Source of the DNA: Azolla caroliniana
Taxonomy: Eukaryota > Plantae > Polypodiophyta
Direction: 5' to 3'
Assembly (NCBI GenBank): GCA_043228905.1
Contig: JBHGNT010000008.1
Location: 2,418,001-2,482,000, forward strand
DNA length: 64,000 bases
This document shows, piece after piece, positions 11,801-25,500 of this stretch. The stretch's first letter is position 1. Each line of letters opens with the position of its first letter. Below the pieces are notes generated by a model. It was not told the DNA's origin. It searched no databases and saw only the letters and a list, made by a program, of their open reading frames with translations. The position numbers were made by a program, and so were the translations under genes.

Positions 11801-13173
11801 TAAAGATTATTTCTAGAAAAGAAATAGGACAAGGTCAGAGATATAGTCATAACATCATGTCGTGATGTAAACATATCATGGGCGAGCATTAATCGATATC
11901 ATTATCTCACGTCAATACCCCTCTAGACGTATGAGATGAGGTTCAAGATCAGGTTACTATGGTAACACAAAGGTGTTTAAAAACCATGGGGGTGACAAAT
12001 AAATGTCTTTCCCTGATCTCTATATCGATTTTTTCATGGTGGCTCCCTGAGGCTCAACCATGTATGTTCGCGTCATGAATAGTTTATACACGAAAAAAAA
12101 TGTTAACAATAAACTATGTTTCGATGCCCACATAAGTGGTTTCGGCTCTTTAAGTCCTATTACGAGGACCCCGAGGTGCACTTAGACCTTAAGTCTAAAC
12201 ATGTGTTATAGTCATATGTATCAAGGATGTTGTATGGTCTTGGTCATATTTGAACTCGAGACCTCGAGAACAAATACATTAAACACTTGAGCCAACCAAG
12301 TAAGTTGCTCTTCTCGAATGCTTAATGTTTGATGTGTATAAGAGATATGCGAGGCAATTGATCATATATGTTTTTTTAAAAGAACATATATGTCAAGGGT
12401 CCTTATTTCGCCCTCATTTACCAAAACTATGTTGGTACGTTACCTAACCTCAAGTCTTGTAATTATGATGGCATACGCCAAAGTGCAACCTAATGGTGAA
12501 GCCAAATGAGCCCTTGTTTCGTAGTAGGCTCACGTGGGCCATCACATGGTCACATCATTACGAATGCCTCTCGTAAGAACGAGCTCATGGTGGCATCGTA
12601 TCCATGTAACGAGGGAGGGATGTTGGATACGTGCGTCATTGGAGCGACCTCACTTGAAGCGGGTCAAGCCCTACGTACTCAACATCATTATGGCTATTGG
12701 CGTTTCTTTACGTAACGAAATCGAGGTCATCAACGGGGTTATCAACAATAAAAATTGTTGAAAAAGGGATGGTGACAACGCCATTCTCACAAAAATGTGA
12801 GGGCGGCCACCAACATCCTTTTCCCGACAAGGACAACTTTCGATATAATCACGTAATAACGAATATACACATATGTTTACTTATCACATATATACGATCA
12901 AATACGTATATATGTGACCACATATGCCTATATTAAACATATCGTTATATTAAATAGCCACAAATGATGTGATCGAGATACGTAATCGAGGTATATACCT
13001 CTACGCACACGAAACATCCACAAATAAGAGATCATCATAATACGCAATTGAGGTATTGACCTCTTACGCATACAAGACCAACCGCATATCGTTTACAACA
13101 AATCAACAACTCATACGCAAACGTAACATATGTTCGTGAACGTAATACATAATTGAGGTATTAACTCTTCTTT

Positions 13174-13513
13174 TCCTCGGGATTGAGACAACCCATTAGG
13201 TCAAGTGTGAACTTGCCTGGGGGCCTTGGGTATCGCTATAAATAAGAGGCCTAGCTACCCTCATTTGATCATCTTTGGACTACATCGAGACTCTGCTCGT
13301 GTGGTGGGTCAACTCTTGTAGCGAGCGCGCCAGCACCAGGTACGACTCGACGCCACGGCGGTGGTATGGGACGCCGATCGAGGCTCGAGTCCGTCTCGAT
13401 CCCTTCGCTCGGGGGTGGTCGGGTAGATCGGCACCCTTCTTTCTCTTTCTCCTTTCTATCTTTCATTTCTTTATCCTTATCTTAAGCTTACTTTAGTACT
13501 TAGATCTATAATA
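13174..13513 (+). repeat. 5'-truncated LTR copy of the outer family in inverted orientation
   Basis: 13174-13476 equals the reverse complement of 1-303 with one mismatch seen. It ends ATCTATAATA; the family end ATCTATAACA is inferred from the TGTTA start and from the relic at 15194. Confidence 0.92.
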
Positions 13514-14319
13514 CCTACTTACATTATTAAGTAGTCAGTTTGAAAGGATACGTACATAGTCTCATATTCTTGAACTCAGTCGGAGGGTGATTCCCCGATT
13601 TATGTATAAGTCACCTTGTATAGTCTTTCTGTAATAATCTCTCCTAACTAATGGGAAAGTAGCTCCTTTTTAGAGGAAAAAAATACTAACTATGATTTCA
13701 CCATATGATCTCCTTTAATAGTTTACTCATTAACTTGTTTTTTAACATGTAGGTTTCATAAAATACTCATCTATGTTGATTACCTTCTTCATTGATTTAG
13801 AATACTATAACATACATTACCCCTTTGAGACACATTTGTTTTACTTTATATGATTTCATCTACTAATCTTATGGTATATGCATGTAAGTTGGATTATATG
13901 CTCCTAAAAATCATAGATACTCAATTGGCTTTCTTATCCAAACCTCCTCAGGAACTCTTAGATTTATAGTTGAGCAAGGGGCAAGAAAATCAAGTAAACA
14001 ATTGTGATTGTTGTCTTTGCACACAAATTCTTTGCTAATCCCAATTTCATTTCATATATCAAAGCCATTCAACTAATAGTTTGGTCATTCTTTCGATGGC
14101 TCCATTTTGTTGTCGTCTTTTTGTGCTAATTGATTCTTCATTGTTATAGAATACTAGAAAGATATTTTCTCTGTCGTTGTTCCCATTATCATCATTGATA
14201 TAGTATTCTACCTAGGCCATGCATTGTTTGAAAAGTTACCTCAAGTTTATGCTTCACAAAATACACCTATACCTTTCTTGAGTAATCATGAATGAAACTA
14301 CCATAATATACAGAAAATA

Positions 14320-15365
14320 TGCTATGGGCATAACCATAACTTATCCTGCATTAGTTTTTATCATAGTTTTCTAAATGCAAGGATAAGAATATGGGGATTA
14401 ATTGAGAATGTAAAGAAAGGAGGATCACTTTTAATCCTATGGGTTAGGACAACCCTTAAGGGCCAAGTGTGAACTTGATTGAGGGCCTTGGGTTTGGGTA
14501 TAAATATGGGGGCTAGCTAACCTCATAGGGAAGATTCATGTTACAAACAAGGGATTGCATGAAACAAAGGCGAATATTACTCCAGAAGAGAGAAAGAGAT
14601 ACAATGGCTAAGAATGAAGAGAACGACATCAAAAGACTTGAACAATAAATTATGTAGCTAGTGTTGTTCACCTTGATCACAATGAAGGGGAGAACACATA
14701 TTTATCTGGGATCATCTCTCTAAGGATGGATATATCTAGTTGGTAATTACTCGTCGGTGATTTTTTTGTCTAATCTGATTCACGTACTGAGCAAAAAGAA
14801 GTTGGGGGTGAGTCTATCAAGACTGTCGCTTCTTCGTTCCTACTTCACGCTACGGAGACCTTCCCGGAAAAAACAACTAAGGAAGGTCTCCAACTAGCCC
14901 TACTCCTTCCATGAGTCCGCCGATGCCCATAACAAAGGAAGGGGAGAACACATATTTATCCAAGGTTACAAAGGCATGTATACAAAGATATCTTATATAT
15001 GGATATTGATGTGTATCACAATTATCCTAATGGGAAAAAACACTAGTGTGAGTTAGGAACATGTATGTAGTGATCGTATCTAACTAGAAATAAGTACAAC
15101 CGATATCTCTATAGGGGTAACTTTTATTTATATATATATATATATATATTGGATATTTGATCAAAAACATTAACATCAAGCTCTAGTACCAATTGTTATA
15201 GATGTATCTAATGCAAGCATGAGAATAAGGAAATAAATAAGAAAATAAGAGAGAAAGAAGGGTGTCAAGGGATTGATTTGGAGTTTCATGGGCAAAGGGA
15301 TTGATTTGTAGTTGAGCGCTCACCACAAGAGTTTGTTCACCACAATATCGAAATCTCAAGGTAGT
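14320..15365. mobile_element. Older diverged LTR relic of the same family, split into two opposite-orientation halves
   Basis: 14320-14527 (+) resembles the LTR 5' half (TGCTATGGGCATAACC...AAGTGTGAACTTG...TATAAAT). 15194-15365 (-) resembles the 3' half and is followed by a Met-type PBS TGGTACTAGAGC (15191-15180). Confidence 0.75.
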
Positions 15366-17864
15366 AAAATTGCCATATCAAGGATTTGAACTCAAATCCT
15401 TCCCCACATAGTTAATAACCTTAATGACTTGGCTATTCTAGTTAAATTGATTATAATCAGTATGATTATATGATCTAGACTTAATTAGCACATATTATAT
15501 TGGATGATTGTTCTTTATATTCTAGAATCGACTACAGCATGCACATCTCTAGAAAAATCTAGAATCCATTAGAGTATACACATTTCTAGAACTTTCTTTG
15601 TATGCATACCTCTCTAACCTTATATAAATATATGTGCGTATGAAGGTGAATAACACTAGCTACGTAATAGGTTATTTAAGGGGTGTTGGGTGTGAGAGTG
15701 GATAATGGACCACTTCTCTCAATCTTCTTCTTTTCCTTGCAGTAAGCTTCTTTAAGGGTTAGGAGGGAGGAATATTTAGCCTTTATTCTTGCTAAAGATC
15801 AAGATGAGAGGGTAGAAGAGATGAAAAAAGGAGGCACTAAAGAGGAGGGGATGTGGATGAGGGAGTCGAAAGCCATGATGAAAAAAGGCAAGGCACCGAT
15901 ATTGTTCATGAGTTCAAGCCACCAAAAGCTTATGTCCCCTTTCTATTTGTAATCTCACCATTGTTACACTCTATGTTAAAAGGGGTTTTCTTATTGTAAT
16001 TGAAGTTTATTTGGTTCTTAATCTAGCATATGTTATGCAAAGATTGTCAATCTTAATCCTTGTTAATGTCATTGCATAACATAACGGCGTACACAACCTA
16101 CTTGAGAGAAAGCAATCAACAGTTGTCAAATCAGATTTCATGAAAGGTATTCCACAAAGGAATTTTGCAACGGAATTTCACAAAGGGAATCATGGAGTGC
16201 CCTTCCGATTCCATGAGTGTTGATTCATTACATGAGAACTTTGTTCACTCATGTAGAAATCTATTTGCGATAACTCATAATTGATGATTGCATTTAGTAA
16301 CTTGCCACGAGGTCAATCATGCAAGTCAACGAGGCCAATACCTTTGAATTATTCATTGGAGAGTAAGAAACTTTATTCTACTCGATATTGGTACACAGTG
16401 ATGCTCAAAACTGCTTGAGATTAGAATGCATAAAGAAATATGGAGATGTTGCCTATATAAAAATCATTTTTGGGTAATTATAGATTGGTAGTCCTTTAAA
16501 TATTTGACATAATTGGTGAAACTCATGGGTGGTATGTCACAATGAGCTTAAAACAATTTTTTGTTAACATAATTAATTCCATTAACAATTTGATCATTAT
16601 GATCACCTTTGACTACTACTTTTAAAAAACTCATGAGCAATAGCTAAAACTATTATAGATGTTTTTCAATTCTTGAAAGGAACCTCCCACAATTTGTTCA
16701 ACCATAATGAAAAAGTTTTTGTTCCATAGACCAACAACCTCGGTCTCATGTACCAATCGAACAACTGTTCAAGTAAATTAGGAACGCTTTATGTCCTATG
16801 GAGTTTTCACCAAATATATATTGAGACAATATAGCTATTTCTTATTGATGTATTATTTTAGCCACAAGCCTCAATCAAAGTTAACATTCATCTATAAGTT
16901 AAAAACAATATAAACTAACTATCTAACAAATCGTGTTAAAATATATTGCATATTGCACTAGATGACTACCCACGATATAGCATGATTTTATACTGATTAG
17001 CATTTGGCAACATCGTGTATTAATCTTAAACAAAACGCATTTGCCTATGAATAAGAGCAATAAGTGCCAACTTTACATCACCACTAATTCTAACATCCAA
17101 GTGATAGTTTGTTTCTTGGCATTCCTTGACTTCTACTCACACCACCACCCATGAAACATTTACCACCAATGTAGCCATCATAGTTCCAACCTTTGGACAT
17201 AACCTTTTTCTTTTGTGCTCACAAAATGTTCGAGAAATATGACTGGTTGCAATTTCAATGGTGGCTCAAAAGAAAAAAGTCAATTGTTTGTAAAGCACGA
17301 TCCTATAGTTACCACCAAAACTAAGACAATACTCCTTTGTAGACACTAAAAGACACTTGTTTGTAAAGCACAATCCTAAAGCTACCACCGAAACTGATAA
17401 TACTCCTTTGTAGACACTATGGATTTTCTTGTTGCTAGGATATTTCCGAAAATAATGTTAAGCTGAAAAAATAAAAAAAGATAGTTTCCATTGAGCAAAT
17501 GAGTAAAACCCCATTTGATGGATGTCTTTTCTTAGAGAAGTGCATACCTTACTTTGTACCTATGATTTTATTGTGCCACACAATGCTTCATTTCTTAGAA
17601 GCGCACATCTTATTTTGTACCTAAACCATATGCTTGAAAATACTATGACAAATAAAATTTTACAAAATTGTGAATGTGAATTGTAAAAAAAATATGATCA
17701 AGACCTAATTATGGCACATAAGTATGTACACGAGAACAAGGCCCTAGGATGATTACACTGGTTATTTTTAGGGCTCAAGATTTTCAAGAAAAAAATCCCT
17801 TATTATCACCCTCTTCAAAATGCACCTACCGCTAGGTTTTGATGCAAAGTGTTTCCTGTAAAAC

Positions 17865-20800
17865 TCAAAGCAGCTCTATGGCTCCGGTTACTACAATAGG
17901 TCGAATAAATTTCAAGTAAGTTGCTTCCCCTCGTTCAACCAGCTTTGGAAGTAGGCCTGCTTCCTTGGCCTTTACTCCTTGCTCTGTCCACAACTTTTCC
18001 AAGATATACAGAAATTTCAGTCATACACCAAATTTAACCGTGAGTTATATAGCTACTATATATTGTTAATTAAGGTACCGTTATGTGAGGCCAGTGAACT
18101 TTTGATGCAATCCCACAATTGTTTGCAAGAATGCGCACTTCAAGTGCACACATCTTGCTGGAAAATAGTAGACCTGTCAACTCTGCAAGCAATTTCACAC
18201 CATGAAATTCGCCAAAAGCAGCTACTGCAGCTACTCCGTGTGAAGCCTTGTGTGCAAGTGTCACATGAGGAGCACGCTTTTGAATTAAACCCTCTATTCC
18301 TTTCCCAACAAAATACCTTTCCAAATCCTTATCTGCCAATGCTAGCTGAAAAACATTAAACAAGGGACATTAGTATTAACTATTTTTTGCAAACTACAAT
18401 GTTTACAGAACTTGCATATAATGTAAAAACTAATAGATTGTCATTATGTTAGCAAAAGCCAGAGCACAAATTTTGCACGTTATATAATATTCCAAGGTTA
18501 CAGATTATATCTTCAAAACTCACCTTCTTTAAAATATCAACTATCTCTTTCGATGACAAAACCAATGCAGCATAAGTCACATTTTTAAAAGAGCGCTCTG
18601 CGCCCAACAATTTCTGTAGAGGGATATCCCCCTTCAAAATGGCTAACAATTGTTCCCTTAAACTTTCAACAGTTTCATCAAAAGGAACCTACAGAACAAC
18701 AATATAATGCACAATTATCCAAGAATGAAGTGATGTTGGCCATGCCATACATGCATGCCTTTGGAGTATAAAATCATGCAATATATTTAACAGAAAACCT
18801 GGATGGCATCGAAATATGCAGAATGTGAATTGACAACTTCACGCAATTTTTGTTCCCAATTTGACCATTCTTGCCTGAAAGACCCTTTCGTACTATCTAG
18901 CCTAAAATTTTGATTATTCTTGCTTAAATGAATTTGCCCAAATGAAAAGTTTTACAACAGAATCAATATCCTTACTGAACACACCTCGCATGTTTTGCTG
19001 TGTGCTGCCTGAAAAGGTCAAGTCCATGTGTAACGACTTCCAAAACAGGTTGTGGGATATCAGGCCTTCAGTTTACAAAATAATGTTACCTTCACTTTTA
19101 TGAGAGTTACAAGCTAAAAATTTAAGTGGGATAATACATCTAAGGATATGAGGTTAAATTACTTGTTTTCCTTCAGTACAGGTAACTTCACAAGGTACCC
19201 AAAACGTCGCTTCAGATCATCTTCAAATTCACTTCGGTTCTATAGGCACCAGCTGTCACATCATCATCTGCTAGAGTCTAATCCATCAAAGAAATAATAG
19301 CAAGAAAAATATTACCTTTCCCTCATAAAGGTTGTAGAACATCAGTAAAACATATCCAGCATTTGGAGAGTTCTTATCCAAATTACCCTGTATGCATTGG
19401 AATCAACAAGATCAGGATATGTGATGAAATTTTCATTTAATTTCCCCTCTTAATAAAAATACAAAATTTCATTAGTTCCAGTTTCAGTTATATGATTCTG
19501 AATTCCCCATGGATTATTTTTTGTGCTTAGCTATGCCAGGTCTTGAAGTGTTAGGATTCCATCTACAACTCCTCATTTTTCCTCACTCACCTACGTGAGT
19601 TTTATTTTCTGTGACAGAACTGTGATAATCATCAGTTTCCTATCTCCATCCCCAAGCTACCTGACAGGAGCACTTATGGAGCTCTATGTCTTTATGCTCT
19701 TGCACACTTACATTAATATAAAGGGTTACAAATTATTTCGCCATCTCCATTCACATGCATCACTCCCTCAGTCTGTTCTGAGCATTGTGAAAGACATCAA
19801 TGAATGAAGTGAATCTCATATTACAGTGAGTTCGTCTTTCTCTAGGAAAACGTAGCAATTATGGTAGTTCATCACTGGACAGTAATGGAAATATAAATTC
19901 AGAAAGAATGATTCTTATGTTTCTCAGACTGTCAGAATTATGTCCAATATCTTGCAGCAAGCTCCACAAAAAGTTCTTACTGGATGATCTGCTCGTTGAA
20001 GTACACGGTATATGAACAAGCACAACATATCCAGTGAAAATGGATTTGAATCTGTGCCTGCAGAGCAAAGGTTTCAGATGACAGAAGAACAGCAAAATGG
20101 CTTAAATTATCCCTATGAATAAGGCCATTATTACCTTCTGAATCAGGCACAACAGGAACTCCGATGGCACGTGTACTTTCACACATGCTCTCGATCTGTA
20201 AACGAATAAACTTCTAAGCCACGTTTGTTACCAAACTTCCATATTAATCAGTACATACCTAAATCACATAGAACTCACAGTTTGCCAAACTTCTACATTG
20301 GGCGCATTTTTATCAGCTAATGTAATTCTCAATCGTGAGCCTTTCCGTCTCTCTTCTAAGAGCTGAGGCCAGTATCTCCCTGATCAAGTAATACATCAAC
20401 AAGGTGTACACGCATGTATATATACATATATCAAAGATAGATCCCAGAAACATGGATGAAAACTCACATCACTTCTACTCACATACTTCTAATCATAGTA
20501 TGAACCATACGTGCATTCGCATTCGAGAATGTTTCAATCATTCGAGTATGGTGAACACCCCTTGAAGTATGGTAAATACCATACTTTTGTATTCATTATT
20601 TATTATAAGGTAATAGTTTTTTAAAGGTCAGAAAATTAAGGTAAAAAGTGTAAAAACAAAACATAAGAATTTTTTTATAACATACGCATTAGTTTGCATT
20701 CATATGAAAAAGAATGTTTGCCAGTGCATTCGACTATATTACGTACTATGCTTCTAATTACATAACTGACTTTTCATTGAACATAAACACATGATCAAAG

Positions 20801-22537
20801 ATAGATCCCAGAAACATGGATGAAAACTCACATCACTTCTACTCAAATACTTCTAATTACATACTGACTTTTCATTGAACATAAACACATGCATACCTTT
20901 CATAAGATCACCCATTAACATATGCAGAGTTCTCCCATCTGACAGAGCACCAGGATTTCTAAGTAGCTCCTTGCATACGGCAGATTTTCCACAGCCAGGT
21001 ATTCCTGCATTTGCAGAAAATAGAAACATAGCTTGATTTATGCCTGATAAAGAAAAATAAATGCAGATGCAGCAGGCATTCAGAATTCAAGTTTCCTAAA
21101 GTTATCATTACAATACGTCATCTACGAAATATGGCAGGGAAGAAACAGTACCCGGAAAGAAAACTATCATCCCCTTATCACTATTGTCCACATTCATTGG
21201 CTCTGTGGATAGAAGTGAATCACCCTCAGAAACTGACTCATCTTCATATTCAAGCATAGGCAGGAAATTCTCAGTATTGATGACAGCTCCAGCAAATCCA
21301 ACCAATTTCTGATTAAGAGCACTTCTTTTTGCATAGGCTTCCAGGAATGGCTCTGCCTCAGATAGGTATATCTTTTCATTTAGACCTCTTCCTCTAAATT
21401 TCGTTGTTATATATTGCGCCCTATTAGATCAGGTCAAACAGAAAACATAAAACACCATAACATAACAATTCTTTATTCTCCTTCAGCTTTGGCATCAGAA
21501 GCCTTACCACTCAGTCAAAAGTTCATCAAGGTGTCGTTGTTTCTCACCAGATGTATTCCAGTTCCCCAATTGCCTGACAAACAAAGACAATAAATTTTAA
21601 ATAACAATGGTAAATCCGGAAAATAATGCTTTTCCAGAGACCGAAATTAAAGGATATCTATACAATATATATTATATCATTTTGGAAAGTTGATTAGCCC
21701 ATGAGGGCATATCTTCCAACTCACTCTCACTCCTCAGCTACATATCAGGAAGGCTCTTTTGCAAGTGTTACATGGACACTTTCCTAAGATGCCAATACAT
21801 AGATGTTTGCATATATCCTACAATACTTGCACTCTTTATTACTCCAGTTCTAGGAAACTTCAAAGCACAGTGGGAGTAGACCAGTTTCAAGCACACTCCC
21901 CTGAGCTTAGGTTCAAATCAATGAAATTGGTGAGATGCAATAAGAGATCGAGGGATGGACCTTTGCTCCATTGCATCAAAATTCTCTCAAAAAGACCAGA
22001 AACAGAACTGAACCTAATTTGCCATCATGTTATATTGATGTGACATGCGAGTTGAACTAATTTGTCTCAAAGGCTAAATTAGCCACTTGTCATATCATTA
22101 TTTCTTCCTTTATTTGATTTTGTATCCTTTCCATGATGGGAACTTCCTAGATTTGACCTTGTATCTTTCCCATGATAATTACTTCGTAGGTTTGATTTGG
22201 TTTCTTTCCATGATAATTACTTCATATATTTGATTTTATCTTTCCCATATTGATGTGACGAATGCACTGTATTAATTTTCTCAAAAGTCTAAATTAATGA
22301 ACATAACAAAAGCTTTTCAGGTTGTGGTTTTTGTTAACTGTAAGCAGGGGCCAGAGTTCTTTACACATGCAGACAACAAAAGGCGGGGGCATTGAATATG
22401 GTAAATGATTTACTGTTTGTTGTAACAACCTACTGTATATAGCTGCACCTTAGTTTGTGATCTAGTTAGTCTTCATTTAAGATGTAATCTCTTATTCGGT
22501 CTTATAGGCCATTTTGGCCTCTTAAAAGACGTTAATA

Positions 22538-22578
<41 letters not shown>

Positions 22579-25500
22579 ACCTGAGTTGCATCTATACATG
22601 CTCACTTAGGAGCACATGAACTTTTCATTTTTGTTTTGCCAAAACTTTCTATCACACCACCCTTCAGCACTATGCTCATATATCCTTGTTTATTTAATTT
22701 TCAATTGTGTATCTTGTGTTCTTTTCATATTTTTACACTAACATGGTATCTGTGCTTTGAGGTCCAGCACCTATCTAACAGAGCTTTGGAGGAGATGACT
22801 GCAGATGTGGGGGCCAATGAAAGGATGCTTTGCGTTTGCACAGATAACAGCAGCTAGTGGAAGTGGAAGTGGCGCCCCTAGTGAGCCTCCTGCAATGTCA
22901 AAGAGGAAGTCTGATGGAACGAACTACATGCTGTGGTAGTTCAACATGTTCACCTTGTTGGATTCATACAACTCCTAGATAGCATCCTTAAATAGATGCC
23001 AAATAGGTGGGAATAGCACATCCAAAGAATCTTATGATCATAATCACTCCAATTGCTCTAGATCTCTGGCATCAAGAAGGGTAATGCAAACAAAGTACGA
23101 AAATGTAATGGGGACAACCAATTCCATGCACACGTCAAAGGCAACAGATGCCTGGGATTAGTATGAGATGAAGAATGAGACCAAGATCCACAAACTGGAA
23201 TCAGTTGTCCACTGAGCAAATGGAGAAAGGGAAAGAATGCAGAGATGTTTATCACAAGAGAAAAGCATCTTCATGATGAGTTGTCAGCTTACAGATTGGT
23301 GAAATCATCTGTGGAGTTAGCATGAATGTGTATTCTCTCTTTGCCTCCAATACGCATTATCTGCTAGAACAGATAAAGAGAAGGCGGAAAGCCAACCAGA
23401 AGGTCATTCAGCATGCCAAGTACATGGTAAAAGATATATATCGCTCAGGACTGTCAAGACTACAAAATTAAAAGCCAAGAGTTCAATTCAACTGGTTCAG
23501 TGTCAGCCAAGAGGATTTCTGCACATTTAGCTGAAGATGAGGGAGTAATGCTGTGGCTAGTGCAGGACGCGGATGATGTCAAATCCGAAGGTCCTGCAGA
23601 AGTGTTCTCAGATGTGGATGCATCTGGATACACTTGGGCTATAGATAGCAGAGCAAACCGACATATGATAAGCCAGGAATTGATTTCAAAAGTTAAGGAA
23701 CATCAAAGATTTGTTAATCCCAGCGAGGAACAATTAGGGATGTCCGGCTGAGGGGAGTGGATGAGTGTATATGAGAACTTGATGCAGTGGGACAAGTGCT
23801 TGGTCTGGTTAGCAGATCCTAATTTGGTTCTGTTGGTTAGGTGCAACAATATTGGGTAACCTTTCAAAATATATTTGAGCTGGCTGACTGCATTCGTCAC
23901 AGATGAGAGCAAGGGCATAGCAGATGTGAGGATATGGCTTCAGCGCTTTGGGCACCTAAAATTCTGCAGGCAGATGAGCTAAGATACAACTTGCTGAGAG
24001 TAGCCTGAAGTCCCAGGGGGAGTGAGGTTTGCATGTTGGGCAAGCAGAGATGTAGGTCTTCTATGCAAGAGGCAAAGAGCGAGATATCTCCTCTAGAATT
24101 GGTCCACGCTAACCTCTACACAATTGTGGTAACAAAAGTGTTGGGTGGATTATCCTTTTTACTGATCATCAATGGTTAAAGTAGGATGTTGTGGGTATGT
24201 TTCATCAAAGAGAAGCCTGAAGTTCTTTGGTTTATAATGTGGTGGTAGATGGTGTATAAGCAACTAGACCTGAAGGTGAAATGTATTCAGACTGATTAAG
24301 GTGGAGAATTTCTTTCGAATCTGTTTTGAGTATTTATCATTGAAGAGTATTTGAAGGAAGCTGGTTGTGTTGTATACTCCACAGCAAAGCGGAGTAGAGG
24401 AACTTCAGAATCAGATGATTGAGAAAATGGCCCATTATATGAACAAGGAGCAAATGCATCTTTGTCAAATACATAGAACCTGGAGGCAAAGCCCTACAAA
24501 CTCCATGATTTTACTTAAAAGACGTGGGCTCGGTCATGATGTGGAATTTAGGCAAGGTTCACATACCTCAGATAGGACATCCAAGACATCAAAAGTAAAA
24601 TACACCATACACCAGCCAAAGGTAGAGCAAGAGCAAAGGACCCAGTAAATCCTGAGTAACTCCATCAAGCTCTAGCTGGAATGTCACTTCACTTCCCAGG
24701 GCAGGCAGATTGACTCTGACACTACACTAAGTAGGAAAATTGAAGATAAGACGGTACATCCTAAAAGGTCGAAGTGCATGAAGAAGCAAGCATGGTGGAA
24801 GTGGGCAATGGATCATACCATGAACCTAGCACTTAAAGAGGGTGATCCTTGAAGATGTCAAGTGCTAAGCTCTATGGAGGAGGCAATGGAGAGTAAAGAA
24901 GAGTTTGGACGTACAAGCTGAAGAGTATTTCGAACAACCAAACTTATGGATAGACCAGACAACAAGGTCATAAGGATGTTCTAGCATTACTACTCCCCGC
25001 ATTGCCTTTTGCACCACACAGTTCTTCAATAGTCTTGTTCATTGCCTATTACTCATTAACATGGTACTCTCATAGGCCAAAATCTCTTTCTTTCGTCTCT
25101 TTTTATATTAATTTTGAGGTCACATGGATAGCATTTGGTCTCCCAATGATAGTAATAATATTAATTTTCAGGTCAAATGGATAGCATTTGGTCTACCAAT
25201 GATAGTAAAAATATCTGTGCATCTCTGTTTATGTAGAGTGAGAAAGACACACTCATCAAAACTTTATAGTGGACAAACCACTTAAGTACATGTGATTTAG
25301 CCTTCGTCTCTGTTTATGTAGAGTGAGAAAGAGACATACTTATCAAAACTAAACAGTGGACAAACCACTTTTGTACATCTGATTTGTCTCAAAGGAAAAA
25401 AAATCTCTCCTCTGTCTTGATTTTTGGGTCCAACGTGTCCGATTTGGTCTCTTTTGGGTCCACTGCATCGGATTTGGTCTCCTAATGATGGTATATGTAT

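Larger units (their letters stand above)
1..13513 (-). mobile_element. Outer Ty3/Gypsy chromovirus LTR retrotransposon, disrupted and rearranged
   Basis: Domain order on the minus strand: gag with CCHC (CVFCKKKGHTKDQC), PR (FLFDSGSSHNFV), RT ([12 protein letters not shown]), RNase H ([14 protein letters not shown]), integrase (ISMDFI...SDRD...DGQTERVN), GPF motif, chromodomain (PERILD...FKIKWMD...DATWE). PPT at 421-433 and LTR starting TG at 418. Confidence 0.95.
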
